From an uncultured Solirubrobacterales bacterium (lineage in GTDB: Bacteria; Actinomycetota; Thermoleophilia; Solirubrobacterales; Solirubrobacteraceae), in NCBI GenBank assembly GCA_963789675.1, contig CAWBLR010000021.1:19585-83584 (forward strand): 64,000 bases of DNA, read 5' to 3'. Position 1 is the first letter of the stretch; every line of letters starts with the position of its first letter. The notes beneath the pieces were generated by a model, which worked only from the letters and a program-made list of their open reading frames with translations, was not told the origin of the DNA and searched no databases. Positions 41,120-50,421 of this stretch are shown here, piece after piece. The translations under genes were made by a program, and so were the position numbers.

Positions 41120-41519
41120 GTGGGACTGTCGGGTTCTCGCGAGTCTGAGGCGTAGGTCACGGCGGCGGCGCGGTCAGCGCACCCCTTCAGCTCAGCGATC
41201 TTCCCGTCGCGGACAGTGACGACGATGTAGGCGACCCCTCGTCCAACGGACGGTCAACCTGCGCCGGGCGCTCGGGACGGAAGGCCACGATCACGCACGG
41301 CCCGTCTTGGATCGTGTGCTCGATCGTGCCCTGCAAACGACCGGGCAGATTGCGTCTCATCACCTCGAGAATCGCCTTGCGGCTCACACAGAGCTGGCGG
41401 TCTTCTACCCCGAGCCATTGCGCGTCCGCCGCCAACGAGCTCTCGAGGCTCGTGAGATCGCCTCGCGCCATCGCCTCCCACACGTGCTGCAGCAGCTCGA
41501 CCTCTGGACTGTCGCTCAT
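41116..41519 (-). CDS. SnoaL/NTF2-like protein (G-run frameshift near 41237)
   Basis: WEAMARGDL..LAADAQW; corrected tail GVAYIVVTVRDGKIAELKGC. Confidence 0.7.
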
Positions 41520-41525
41520 CGCGGG

Positions 41526-42168
41526 TCAGCCGACCTGGTACTTGATGTGCGTAACGCCGGGCGCGTCGACGGCCCGGATCTGCGTCAGCTTCAGAGCCCC
41601 GCCCTGGAGCCCCTCGAACAGGCGCTCGCCGCCGGCCATGATCACCGGCGCGATCGAGATGTCGACCTCGTCCACGAGGCCTGCAGCCAGGTACTGGTTG
41701 ACCACTGACGCGCCGCCGGCAAGCCAGATGTCCTGCCCCTGGGCGGCGTTCTTGGCCTGCGCGAGCGCCGACTCGATCCCGTCGGTCACGAAGTGGAAGG
41801 TGGTTGGTGCCCTGCATCTGGAGCGGCTCGCGTGCGTGGTGGGTGAGCACGAACACCGGATGGTGGTAGGGCGGGTCCTCGCCCCACCAGCCCCGCCACG
41901 GGTCCTCGCCCCACGGTCCGCTGCCGCCGCCGAACATGTTGCGTCCCATGATCGTGGCGCCGATGTTCGCGCGGCGCTCCTGCACCACCGGGGAGCTGGC
42001 GTTGGTCTCGCCGCCCAGCTCGCCGTGCATCTCCCGGAACTCCTTGAATGGGAAGAACCACTCGTGCAGCGCCATCCCGCCTACCCCGAGCGGGTCCTCC
42101 TCGCTCTGCTCAGGACCTGCGACATAGCCGTCCAGCGACATCGTGATCGTGAGTCTGAGCTTGCTCAT
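41526..42168 (-). CDS. DHFR/RibD-C family protein (frameshift near 41805)
   Basis: ITMSLDGYVAGP; IMGRNMF; WWGEDPPYHHPVFVLTH; then FVTDGIESAL..GGASVVNQYL. Confidence 0.88.
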
Positions 42169-42377
42169 GTCAACTCCTCGGGAGACTCGAACTTTTACAA
42201 ATCGCAGCGCCCTGGACACACCAGCCACCGTTGCCTTGTCCGGGCGCGCCAGCCATCAACGACACCTCGGATCCGGAACGAACCGCCCAGGTCAATCTTG
42301 ACTACCGCGATCGTAACGATGCAAGTCTCTCGCAGATGCTCAGCCCGAGCGGCTACACGCGCCTATCCTGAAAGCGG

Positions 42378-43061
42378 ATGTGCGGCAGGTACACCAACAC
42401 CGTCGGCCCGGATGAGATCGCCAAGCAGATCGGCCGTCCGCTCGGTGCGCGCGTCAGCGAGAGCGCCGGGACCGGCCGCTACAACGTCGCTCCGACTGAG
42501 GAGGTCCTCGCAATCGTCGCAGCGCAGCGGCGCCAGCCCGACGCGCGGCTGCTCAGGTGGGGGCTTCTGCCCGCCCACCAGACAAAGACGCGCTACCCAC
42601 TGATCAACGCCCGGCTGGAGACGCTGCTCGCCGCGGGCAGGTACGCCGGGGTGCCCGCCGATCGCGGGCACCGTGCGCTGGTGGTCGCGGATGGTTGGTT
42701 TGAGTGGAAGGCCGCGGAGGATCCAAAGCTGAAGCCTCAACCGTTTCGCTTCACGGTCGACGAGGGCAACGCGTTCGCGTTCGCCGGCCTCTGGACGCAT
42801 GGCGCGATTCCGAGCTGCACGGTGCTGACCTGCGATTCGACACCCAACCGCGTCGCGGCCGCCATCCACGACCGGATGCCGGTGATCCTCGCCGACCAGG
42901 AGATCCTGCGGGCATGGCTCGACGCCGAAGTCTCTGCCGATGAGGCGCTTTCCCTGTGCGGAGCGCTCCCCGACGAGCGCGTCGCAGTGACGCCCGCAAA
43001 CCCGGCCGTGAACAACGTGCGCAGCCCCGAGGGCCCCGAGCTGCTGATCGCGCCCAGCTGA
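42378..43061 (+). CDS. SOS response-associated peptidase (SRAP/YedK)
   Basis: MCGRY; RYNVAPT; RWGL; INARLET; GWFEW; HDRMPVIL. Confidence 0.95.
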   Translation: MCGRYTNTVGPDEIAKQIGRPLGARVSESAGTGRYNVAPTEEVLAIVAAQRRQPDARLLRWGLLPAHQTKTRYPLINARLETLLAAGRYAGVPADRGHRALVVADGWFEWKAAEDPKLKPQPFRFTVDEGNAFAFAGLWTHGAIPSCTVLTCDSTPNRVAAAIHDRMPVILADQEILRAWLDAEVSADEALSLCGALPDERVAVTPANPAVNNVRSPEGPELLIAPS

Positions 43062-43176
43062 GTGCGCCGCTTATCTCACCAGTGCTGCCGTGTAGCAAGG
43101 TCAAGCAGCAGGCGGTCTGTCGGTATCCGGGATAGGATCGTCTGAGCAGCTACACCCAAATACGAGGATGTGATCC

Positions 43177-43716
43177 GTGACTGACCTTCTTGACGTGCAG
43201 CGCAAACAGATCACCGATCGAATGACTGAGCTGAAGCCCGTGATAGAGGAGTACGGTCGCCTCGAGGCCGCCGTGTCTGCACTTGCCAAAGTGAGCGCAG
43301 CGACTCCTGCGGCGGCCACGATTGCCGATAGCGCTCCTCGTCGCCGTGGACCGGGGCGTCCACGGCGCTCCGTTAACAGTGCGAGCAAAGCAACTCCGGC
43401 CGGCGCGCCGGCCGCGAGCGCGCCCGCCAAAGCTGCACGCAAAAAACCAGGTCGCCCCCCCGGCAAAGTGGGCCGTCCCCCGGGTCGCCCCAGAGCTCGC
43501 GCCGGCGGACGGCGCAAAGGTAGCGGCACGCGCGCCGCTCAGGCACTGTCGCTGGTGCAGGGAGCGCCCGGCATCACGATCCCCGAGCTGGCGACGAAGA
43601 TGAACATCAAACAGAACTACCTCTACCGGGTGCTCCCCGGCCTGGAGCAGGACGGGAAGCTGGAGAAGAAAGGCCGCGGCTGGCATCCGAAGGGAGCCAC
43701 GCCCGCCGCGGCGTAA
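43177..43716 (+). CDS. Putative nucleoid-associated protein: coiled coil + GRP/AT-hook-like linker + wHTH
   Basis: QRKQITDRMTELKPVIEEYGRLEAAVSAL; several GRP motifs; GITIPELATKMNIKQNYLYRVL. Confidence 0.8.
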   Translation: MTDLLDVQRKQITDRMTELKPVIEEYGRLEAAVSALAKVSAATPAAATIADSAPRRRGPGRPRRSVNSASKATPAGAPAASAPAKAARKKPGRPPGKVGRPPGRPRARAGGRRKGSGTRAAQALSLVQGAPGITIPELATKMNIKQNYLYRVLPGLEQDGKLEKKGRGWHPKGATPAAA

Positions 43717-43785
43717 AGCGTCTGCCATCCCACGAAACAGACATGCGATCTAGGTCGCGCGCAACCACGATGAGATAGGGCGTAT

Positions 43786-44649
43786 GTGAGTCCGCGATAC
43801 TCCGCTTTACGAGGTTCTCCGGGCGAGGATTCCGACTGGGTGCCGACTCTGCGCGAACCGCGCTACTCGAAGTCGCTCGAGCGGGGCCTGGCGATCCTCA
43901 CATGCTTCACGCCCGAGCGGCCCGTGCTCGGGATCGCCGACATCGCAGACGAGCTCGGCATGAGCCGCTCCACGACCCACCGCTATGTGATCACGCTCAC
44001 GCAGCTGGGCTACCTCGAGCAGGGTGCCTCGCGCAAGTACCGCCTCGGGCTGAAGGTGACCGACCTGGGGATGTCGGCGCTGAACTCAACGGGCCTGCGC
44101 GAGCACGCCCACCCCCACCTCGATGAGTTACGCCAGCGCACTGGTTACACGGTGAGTCTCGCGTTACTCGACGGCGCGGAGATCCTGTACGTCGATCGTG
44201 CGCGCAGCCTGCGTCGCGGGCACGGCAAGATCGACGTCGACCTCGACCTCGGTCTCGAGCCGGGTTCGCGGTTGCCGGCTTACTGCACGGCGATGGGCAA
44301 GCTGCTGCTGGCGAGCTTGCCCGAGTCTGAGCAGCACCAGGTGCTCAGGGAGATGACGGTGACCAAGCACGGCCCCAACACGATTACGAGCAAGAAAGGT
44401 CTGCTCACAGAGTTCAGGCAGATTCGCGAGGCGGGCTTCGCGGTCAACGACCAAGAGCTCGCCGCCGGGCTGTGCGCGATCGCCGCGCCCGTCCGCGACG
44501 AGGCCAGGGACGTGGTCGCCGCGGCCAGCCTGTCGGCGGACAGCGAGGCGATCTCGCTCGAGCAGATGGTCGACGCGCTCGAGCCACACCTAGTGGCGAC
44601 CGCCGACCAAATCTCCGCGCGGCTCGGCTACAGACGCGACGACGAGTAA
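43786..44649 (+). CDS. IclR family regulator
   Basis: SLERGLAIL..LGMSRSTTHRY; PAYCTAMGKLLL; IAAPVRD. Confidence 0.95.
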   Translation: MSPRYSALRGSPGEDSDWVPTLREPRYSKSLERGLAILTCFTPERPVLGIADIADELGMSRSTTHRYVITLTQLGYLEQGASRKYRLGLKVTDLGMSALNSTGLREHAHPHLDELRQRTGYTVSLALLDGAEILYVDRARSLRRGHGKIDVDLDLGLEPGSRLPAYCTAMGKLLLASLPESEQHQVLREMTVTKHGPNTITSKKGLLTEFRQIREAGFAVNDQELAAGLCAIAAPVRDEARDVVAAASLSADSEAISLEQMVDALEPHLVATADQISARLGYRRDDE

Positions 44650-44896
44650 CGCCGCCGACGCAGCGCGGCAAGCTGCAATGCGCACGCCCGCGATCCGCCT
44701 CGGAGCGGGCGCACTACCGAATCAGCGACCGCCCACCAGGCTGATGTGATGGCGCCCTGCGCGTGCCGTCGCGCTGTGACGCGAATGCCTGGCCGGCTAA
44801 CACCTCGCGTGAGCGCGCGCGGTTCGTGCGCCTGGCGGCAGGCTGATCGTTGCGGCTCGCCGGTAGCCTGCAACGCGAGATGCGGGGGCCACGTCG

Positions 44897-45135
44897 ATGA
44901 GCAAAACCACCAGGCACCGCGCGACGGTCATCTGGGACGCGGCCGAGGGCGATCTGCGCGCACACACGATCCAGCTCGCCGGCCAGACGCTCGCGGCATC
45001 CGCCACGCCCGCCTTCGGCGGCGATTCGCAGAAGGCCGATCCGGAGGAGCTGTTCGTCGCGTCGCTGTCGGCCTGTCACATGCTGTGGTTTTTGGACTTC
45101 GCGCGGCGCGAGCGCTTGCGTGTCCTCTCCTACGT
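44897..45135 (+). pseudogene. Truncated OsmC-family peroxiredoxin
   Basis: AFGGD..DPEELFVASLSACHMLWFL; similarity ends after VLSY. Confidence 0.8.
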
Positions 45136-45175
45136 CTTTACGCCGCGGCGGTGTGGCTGCGTTGACGGTGGTGGG

Positions 45176-45606
45176 CTACTGCTCTGCCAGCGTTCCGTCC
45201 GGGACGAGCCAGCGTTGCTCCAAGGCGCTGACGCGGGCCAATCGCTCGTAGTCGCGGTCGTAGTGAACGAGCGGCACGCCGGCCTGCTCGGCTGCCGCGC
45301 CGATCAAGAGGTCGACCGGCGGGACCCGGCGATGGTCCCCGTTGGTGGACAGCAGCGTCTGTAGCTCGCGCGCTCGCGACCATAGGTCGGTCCCCATCGG
45401 GACCGACTCGAAGGCGTCCAGCCGCGCCGCGACATCCCGCGCGCGCGGCTCGTTCGGCGTCATGCGGACGAGCTCCAGCGCGACCAGATCGCACACGAGT
45501 ACCCGGCCCGCTTGTGCCTGAGCATTGAACCACGACGCGAGCCTGGGAAAGCGACGGTCGCGCACCCAAGTCCACACACCCGTGTCGAACAGCGCGGGTC
45601 GCTCAA
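45176..45606 (-). CDS. vapC: VapC/PIN toxin
   Basis: LFDTGVW; DLLIGAAA; LVHYDRDYE; probable TTG start needs one extra C in a C-run. Confidence 0.85.
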
Positions 45607-45623
45607 GCGCGACCGGCTCGATA

Positions 45624-45839
45624 TCAGGCTCGGTGCTCAGGGTGGCGCTCCCGGCGGCTTGTCTGCACCTCGCCGGGCGTCCCGTCGATGTCCCGCACCA
45701 CGTCGAAGCCCGCGAGTGCGCGTCGACGGCCGACCTCGCGGAGAGCCGCGTTGACGGTTGCGCTGAGGCCCGTGGTGCCCAGCTCGCTACGCGCCGCCTC
45801 AAGTGCCTGTCGATCAACATCAACCGTGGTGCGCGGCAT
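45624..45839 (-). CDS. vapB: VapB antitoxin
   Basis: MPRTTVDVDRQALEAARSELGT..TVNAALRE, upstream of the PIN gene. Confidence 0.88.
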   Translation of the reverse strand: MPRTTVDVDRQALEAARSELGTTGLSATVNAALREVGRRRALAGFDVVRDIDGTPGEVQTSRRERHPEHRA

Positions 45840-45937
45840 ACACATCATCCTAACGCATCAGCACCGACGTCAGCTCAGGCTGGCTGGTCTTGTGCCTGAA
45901 ACCGTTGCCGGGCCTGTGCTCCGCGGCGTGTGAGGCG

Positions 45938-46693
45938 TCAGCAGTTTGGGGTTGGCGCGCCTGGCCCCGTGTTCTCGATCAGGCCGAGGTCCCGTAGGCG
46001 CCGGAGCAGAATCGAGATGTGGCTGCTGTCGGTGATCCCGCACGCTTCGGCGAGCTCGCGGTTGCAGCAGCCGGGCTGAGCGGCTACCGCGTCCAGTAGC
46101 TGTTCGGTGCGAGCCGTCCGCCGGACCGCGTGCGGGCGCGTGATGCCGGCGGCGCTCAGGGCTCGGGGCAAGCCCCCGAAGCGTCGCTCGATCGTGCTGT
46201 AGGCGGGCAGCGGCGGGTCGCTGTCGGCGCGCAGCTCATCCACGCGCGGCGGCCGGCCGTGACGGCGCTTGAACCGTCGCAGAGCGGCGATCACGTCCTC
46301 GGGAGGCCAGGACTGCAGCCGGGGGTGGTAGCCGGCGGCCGCGAGCGCCGCCCGCCAACTCCCGAACGCGCTGTAGACCCTGGCGCTGCTCGGACGCGTG
46401 CCGTCGCTCGCCTTGCCCAGATCGCGACTGGAGGGTGGATGGCCGTGCTCGGCCGCGAACGCTTGGAAGAACGCGACGATCTCCTCCTGGCTCCACGAGC
46501 GTCTACTGACGGCCGGGAAGCCGGCGGCGGCCATCCCGGCGTGGAAGGTGCCGAAGTGAAACTCGACCGTTTGCGGGGTCGGCCATTCGCCGGGCCTGCC
46601 GGCGAGGTCCGCGCGCGTCGGCGCTCGCCCAAGCTCAGCGGCAACTCCGCGCAGCGCGGCGTGCACGGTGTCGCGGTCCCGCGCCCGAAGCAC
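45938..46693 (-). CDS. Protein with three homing-endonuclease-associated repeats and a C-terminal wHTH
   Basis: 3x (G-R/H-x-P..P....FG....AL.AAG); tail PGCCNRELAEACGI..ISILLRRLRDLGLIE; possibly truncated. Confidence 0.7.
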   Translation of the reverse strand: MLRARDRDTVHAALRGVAAELGRAPTRADLAGRPGEWPTPQTVEFHFGTFHAGMAAAGFPAVSRRSWSQEEIVAFFQAFAAEHGHPPSSRDLGKASDGTRPSSARVYSAFGSWRAALAAAGYHPRLQSWPPEDVIAALRRFKRRHGRPPRVDELRADSDPPLPAYSTIERRFGGLPRALSAAGITRPHAVRRTARTEQLLDAVAAQPGCCNRELAEACGITDSSHISILLRRLRDLGLIENTGPGAPTPNC

Positions 46694-46946
46694 TCATCGT
46701 GGAACCCCTAGCTGCGACATAACGCTACAGCCAGACGATACCGAGTGCTGGACTCAGCCGAGCATGGGGACACGCACGCCAGTCCGGCTTTGGACGACGA
46801 CGCGACCACGGCCAGTGCCCCGACTCGGGGTTTGTCCGCTTTGGTGATCGGCCCTCCGGCGGGCCTTACCGCATCCAACGCCCGTCGAGTCGAGCCGCGG
46901 ACCTTGAGCGCCTGGCGAGCTGCTGCCAATAGGGATCATTCTGGCG

Positions 46947-47162
46947 ATGCGGCAGCAAGTGGACCTACTTCGAGAGCTTGTCAGCGACTCGCTCTACGTG
47001 GTCGATGAGAGGGCTGTGGCCGATGCGATCATCGCGCGCGCAGCGGCGTACCGCGCGGTGATCGGATCGCGCTGCGACACGACCCGCGAGGGGGTGCCGC
47101 CTGATGGCAGGCGCTCATCGCCTCAGCCGAAGCGCCACGGCTCGCCTCCGAATGCCCTATAG
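46947..47162 (+). CDS. FlgM-like small protein
   Basis: LRELVSDSLYVVDERAVADAII resembles the FlgM C-terminal sigma28-binding motif. Confidence 0.5.
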   Translation: MRQQVDLLRELVSDSLYVVDERAVADAIIARAAAYRAVIGSRCDTTREGVPPDGRRSSPQPKRHGSPPNAL

Positions 47163-47185
47163 GCGCGAAGCTCGCGCTCACGCTT

Positions 47186-47578
47186 TCAGCCGCCCAGGTC
47201 CGTGACGAGCGTCTCCACACGCCGGGCGATGTCATCGCGGGTGGCTCTCACCTCCTCCAGCGGACGTCCGTTGGGGTCGGGAAGCTCCCAGTCGATGTAG
47301 CGCTTTCCCGGGATATAGGGGCACGCGTCGCTGCAGCCCATCGTCACGACCACATCGGCCTGCTCGGCAAGCTCACGCGTGAGGAGCTGCGGCTGGCGCT
47401 CGGATAGGTCGATGGCAAGCTCGCGCATCACCTCGATCACCTCCGGCTGCACTCGCTCTGCTGGTGTCGTGCCCGCCGACAGCGCGGTGTGGCGACCGGA
47501 GGCGGCGCGCTCGAACAGGGCTTGGCTCATCTGCGAGCGCCCGGCATTGTGCAGGCAGACAAACAGGACGGTCGCCAT
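47186..47578 (-). CDS. arsC: Arsenate reductase (LMW-PTP type)
   Basis: VLFVCLHNAGRSQM; VTMGCSDACP; DWELPDP. Confidence 0.92.
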   Translation of the reverse strand: MATVLFVCLHNAGRSQMSQALFERAASGRHTALSAGTTPAERVQPEVIEVMRELAIDLSERQPQLLTRELAEQADVVVTMGCSDACPYIPGKRYIDWELPDPNGRPLEEVRATRDDIARRVETLVTDLGG

Positions 47579-48318
47579 CAGCCGGGGAGCTCCTGGTAGT
47601 GCGGCATCACGGCCGCGGCTGCCTCGTCCGGCGTCAGGTCGGGGTAGAGCACCCTCACGACGAGGATCGCGCAGGCCCCGCCGAGTAGTTGCGCCGCGAT
47701 GAAGCCGGGCACAGACGCGGGCGCGATCCCGGCAAAGGTGTCCGAGAACATGCGCCCGACGCTGATCGCGGGGTTGGCGAAGCTGGCGGAGCTGGTGAAG
47801 AAGTAGGCAGCGCCGATGTACGCGCCGACGGCGGCCGGGGCAGAGCTTGCGCGCTTGGTGCGCGCGAGCGAGAAGATCACGAGCAAAAGGCCGGCGGTGG
47901 CGATCGCCTCGGAGAACAGGTGTGCGCTCGAGGCGCGGTGATGCGTGGAGATGCTGATGGCGGCCAGCGAGAACATGCCGTTCGCCGTGACGGCGCCGAG
48001 CACGCAGCCGGCGACCTGCGCGGGGATGTAGGCGAGCGCGTCGCGCCAGCGGATACCGCCGAAGCTCGCATCGGCGAGCGAGACGACGGGGTTGAAGTGC
48101 CCGCCGGAGACCGGGCCGAACATGAGGATGATCGTGTACAGCCCAGCCGCCGTCGCAGCCGCGTTCTCGAACAGCTCAAGGCCAACGTCGTTCGGTGAGA
48201 GCGTCTGCGCCGCGATACCCGAGCCGATCACGAGCGCGGCGAGGAACGCTGAGCCGAGTAGCTCGGCGAGCAGACGGCGGGCGAGCGGGGGCGCGGAGAG
48301 CGACTGCGTTTGAGCCAT
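47578..48318 (-). CDS. MIP/aquaglyceroporin (AqpS-like arsenite channel)
   Basis: SGGHFNPVV and SFANPA; in an ars operon. Confidence 0.9.
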   Translation of the reverse strand: MAQTQSLSAPPLARRLLAELLGSAFLAALVIGSGIAAQTLSPNDVGLELFENAAATAAGLYTIILMFGPVSGGHFNPVVSLADASFGGIRWRDALAYIPAQVAGCVLGAVTANGMFSLAAISISTHHRASSAHLFSEAIATAGLLLVIFSLARTKRASSAPAAVGAYIGAAYFFTSSASFANPAISVGRMFSDTFAGIAPASVPGFIAAQLLGGACAILVVRVLYPDLTPDEAAAAVMPHYQELPG

Positions 48319-48371
48319 CCCCGGATCGTATTGCATTGACAATCATCACTTCAATAGATATATATGGATCG

Positions 48372-48725
48372 ATGAGTGTCGATTTGGAACTGGCCCCCAA
48401 GCAGAAGCGCGCGGCTGGCGAGCGCTGTTGTGAGCCCGTCGTCTACCCGGATGTCCAGCGCGAGCAAGCCTTGCGGATGGCCGAGGTCGCAAAGGCCCTC
48501 GGTGACCCGATCCGCCTGCAGCTCGTGGACGTGCTGCGCAAGCACGCCGGCAAGGTCTGCGTCTGCGAGCTGGTGCCGCTGTTCGACATCTCCCAGTCCA
48601 CGCTATCCCACCATCTGAAGAAGCTGCGTGACGCCGGGGTCGTGGACTCCGAGCGACAGGGCCTGTGGGCTTACTACTACGTGATCCCCGATGCACTGAA
48701 TGAGCTGTCCGCATGGTTGAGCTGA
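48372..48725 (+). CDS. arsR: ArsR/SmtB repressor
   Basis: CCEP; KALGDPIRLQL; VCVCEL; SQSTLSHHLKKL. Confidence 0.92.
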   Translation: MSVDLELAPKQKRAAGERCCEPVVYPDVQREQALRMAEVAKALGDPIRLQLVDVLRKHAGKVCVCELVPLFDISQSTLSHHLKKLRDAGVVDSERQGLWAYYYVIPDALNELSAWLS

Positions 48726-48889
48726 TCACCGCTGAGACGACCGCCCACCCCTGTTGCGCACCCGAGCAGCACCCCACATGCTGCGCGCCGAGCGCCAAGG
48801 CCGAGTGCTGCGACCCCAGCCAGGGCGAGGGCTGCGGCTGCGCCGCCGACACCCCGCAGCACAGGCCAACGACGCGCGCGAGCCGTTGA
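48713..48889 (+). CDS. 58-aa Cys-rich peptide (metal-binding, or remnant ArsM leader)
   Basis: MVELITAETTAHPCCAPEQHPTCCAPSAKAECCDPSQGEGCGCAAD..*; overlaps the arsR stop; not in ORF track. Confidence 0.65.
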   Translation: MVELITAETTAHPCCAPEQHPTCCAPSAKAECCDPSQGEGCGCAADTPQHRPTTRASR

Positions 48890-48970
48890 AGATCATCGGC
48901 GTGCCCCTCGACACCCTCTGAGAGCTATGGCATCGCACACCCAGCGCCTGCCGGTCGGTAGCGTGCAGAT

Positions 48971-49669
48971 ATGAGCTCGCACGCCCCTTCACTGACCGTT
49001 CTCCAACCGGCCGGCAGGACTCGCTCGGTGCTGATCAGTCGCGCTAGGACGCTCTCGTTGCTGAGCATCGGGTGGATGACGGTAGAGGCCGTCGTAGCGA
49101 TCGTCTCTGCCCTGGGCGCTAGATCGGTCGCGTTGCTGGGCTTCGGCCTGGACTCGCTGATTGAGCTGGTTTCGGCGAGCGCGATCTTGTGGCTCTACAC
49201 CGGCAGCCGCGATACCTCCGAGGCCGCCGAGCGCGGCGCACAGCAGATCATCTCCGTCTGCTTCGGCGTCCTCGCGCTCTACGTGACGGTCGACGCGATC
49301 AACACGCTCGCCGGCGGATCGCATCCCGAGACGAGCTGGCCGGGAGTGGCGGTATCGGCCGGGGCGATCATGGTCATGCCGCTGCTCGCCCGCGCGAAGG
49401 GCCGCGTCGCCTCGCAGCTCTCCTCCGCGGCGACCGCGGGCGACGCGGCGCAGTCATGGCTCTGCGCGATCAGCGCCGCAGCGGTGCTCGCGAGCATCCT
49501 GGTCAACGCCGCCCTCGGCTGGTGGTGGATAGACCCGATCATCGGGCTTTGGATTGTCGGTATCGCCGTGCGCGAAGGACGCGAGGCATGGGCCGGAAAG
49601 GTTTGCGCCGACTGCGCGCCGATCGGCTTGGAGTCGCCCACCAGTTGTGGCGAGGCGGGCTGCTGTTAG
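48971..49669 (+). CDS. Cation transporter (CDF-like TM domain) with Cys tail
   Basis: SVALLGFGLDSLIE; LGWWWIDP; ends CADC..CGEAGCC. Confidence 0.85.
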   Translation: MSSHAPSLTVLQPAGRTRSVLISRARTLSLLSIGWMTVEAVVAIVSALGARSVALLGFGLDSLIELVSASAILWLYTGSRDTSEAAERGAQQIISVCFGVLALYVTVDAINTLAGGSHPETSWPGVAVSAGAIMVMPLLARAKGRVASQLSSAATAGDAAQSWLCAISAAAVLASILVNAALGWWWIDPIIGLWIVGIAVREGREAWAGKVCADCAPIGLESPTSCGEAGCC

Positions 49670-49720
49670 ATGCCGATGACCCCCCTGAAAAACCATCAGG
49701 CTTGATGTATCATTGTTGAT

Positions 49721-50200
49721 GTGAATGCGGTTGAGGTGTATCTGCTGGGACGCAAGCTGATGAGCATCGCCGAAGGCTCCTTCCCGAGCGCGAGCGACAA
49801 CGGCGGCATGGGCCTGCCGGCGAGCGTGCGGATGGTGCTCATCGACGTCTCAGAACACCCGGACAGCTCGGTCGGGGAGATCACCTCGAGGACGGGCTTC
49901 CCACAGAGTCATGTGTCCGCGTCGGTGGCGCGATTGCGCGAGCTGGGAGCGCTCGAGACATCCGTGGATGAGAGCGACAGACGGCGGACGCTGGCGAGGC
50001 TCGCCCCGGGAATGCGCAAGCGGTTCGCCAAGCGCACGGCGGTGCCGATCGACGGATCGCTCACCGCCGCGCTCGGCAGAATAGAGCCGGCGGAGCTCGA
50101 GCAGGTCGAGGCTGCGCTCCAGGAGTTGGCGCAGCGGCTGATCCCGCGGGCACTCGACCGTGTTCAGGCGATGTCGGGGACCGATGGACGGGTTGGTTGA
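49721..50200 (+). CDS. MarR-family regulator
   Basis: SVGEITSRTGFPQSHVSASVARL; DESDRRRTL. Confidence 0.88.
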   Translation: MNAVEVYLLGRKLMSIAEGSFPSASDNGGMGLPASVRMVLIDVSEHPDSSVGEITSRTGFPQSHVSASVARLRELGALETSVDESDRRRTLARLAPGMRKRFAKRTAVPIDGSLTAALGRIEPAELEQVEAALQELAQRLIPRALDRVQAMSGTDGRVG

Positions 50201-50239
50201 GCGATGCGTGCGCTCAACCGAACATATCGCCGCGGGCAT

Positions 50240-50416
50240 ATGCGCAAGTTCATGTACCTACGGCTCGCGTTCCTCGTTCCGCTGCTGGTGGCGGTGTTCC
50301 TGTTCCACGTTAGTGGGACGGCGCTGGTAGCAATCCGGATCGCGCGGATCGTCGTTGTGGCGCTGGTGCTGCTCATCGCCAGCAGGTTTCGAGCGCGCCG
50401 GCGCAGCGCAGACTGA
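50240..50416 (+). CDS. Small two-TM membrane protein
   Basis: Hydrophobic 58-aa ORF within the operon. Confidence 0.55.
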   Translation: MRKFMYLRLAFLVPLLVAVFLFHVSGTALVAIRIARIVVVALVLLIASRFRARRRSAD

Positions 50417-50421
50417 GCGGT

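Noticed and set aside
42241-42378. SOS box upstream of the SRAP gene
   Set aside because: Only GAAC half-sites; no GAAC-N4-GTTC
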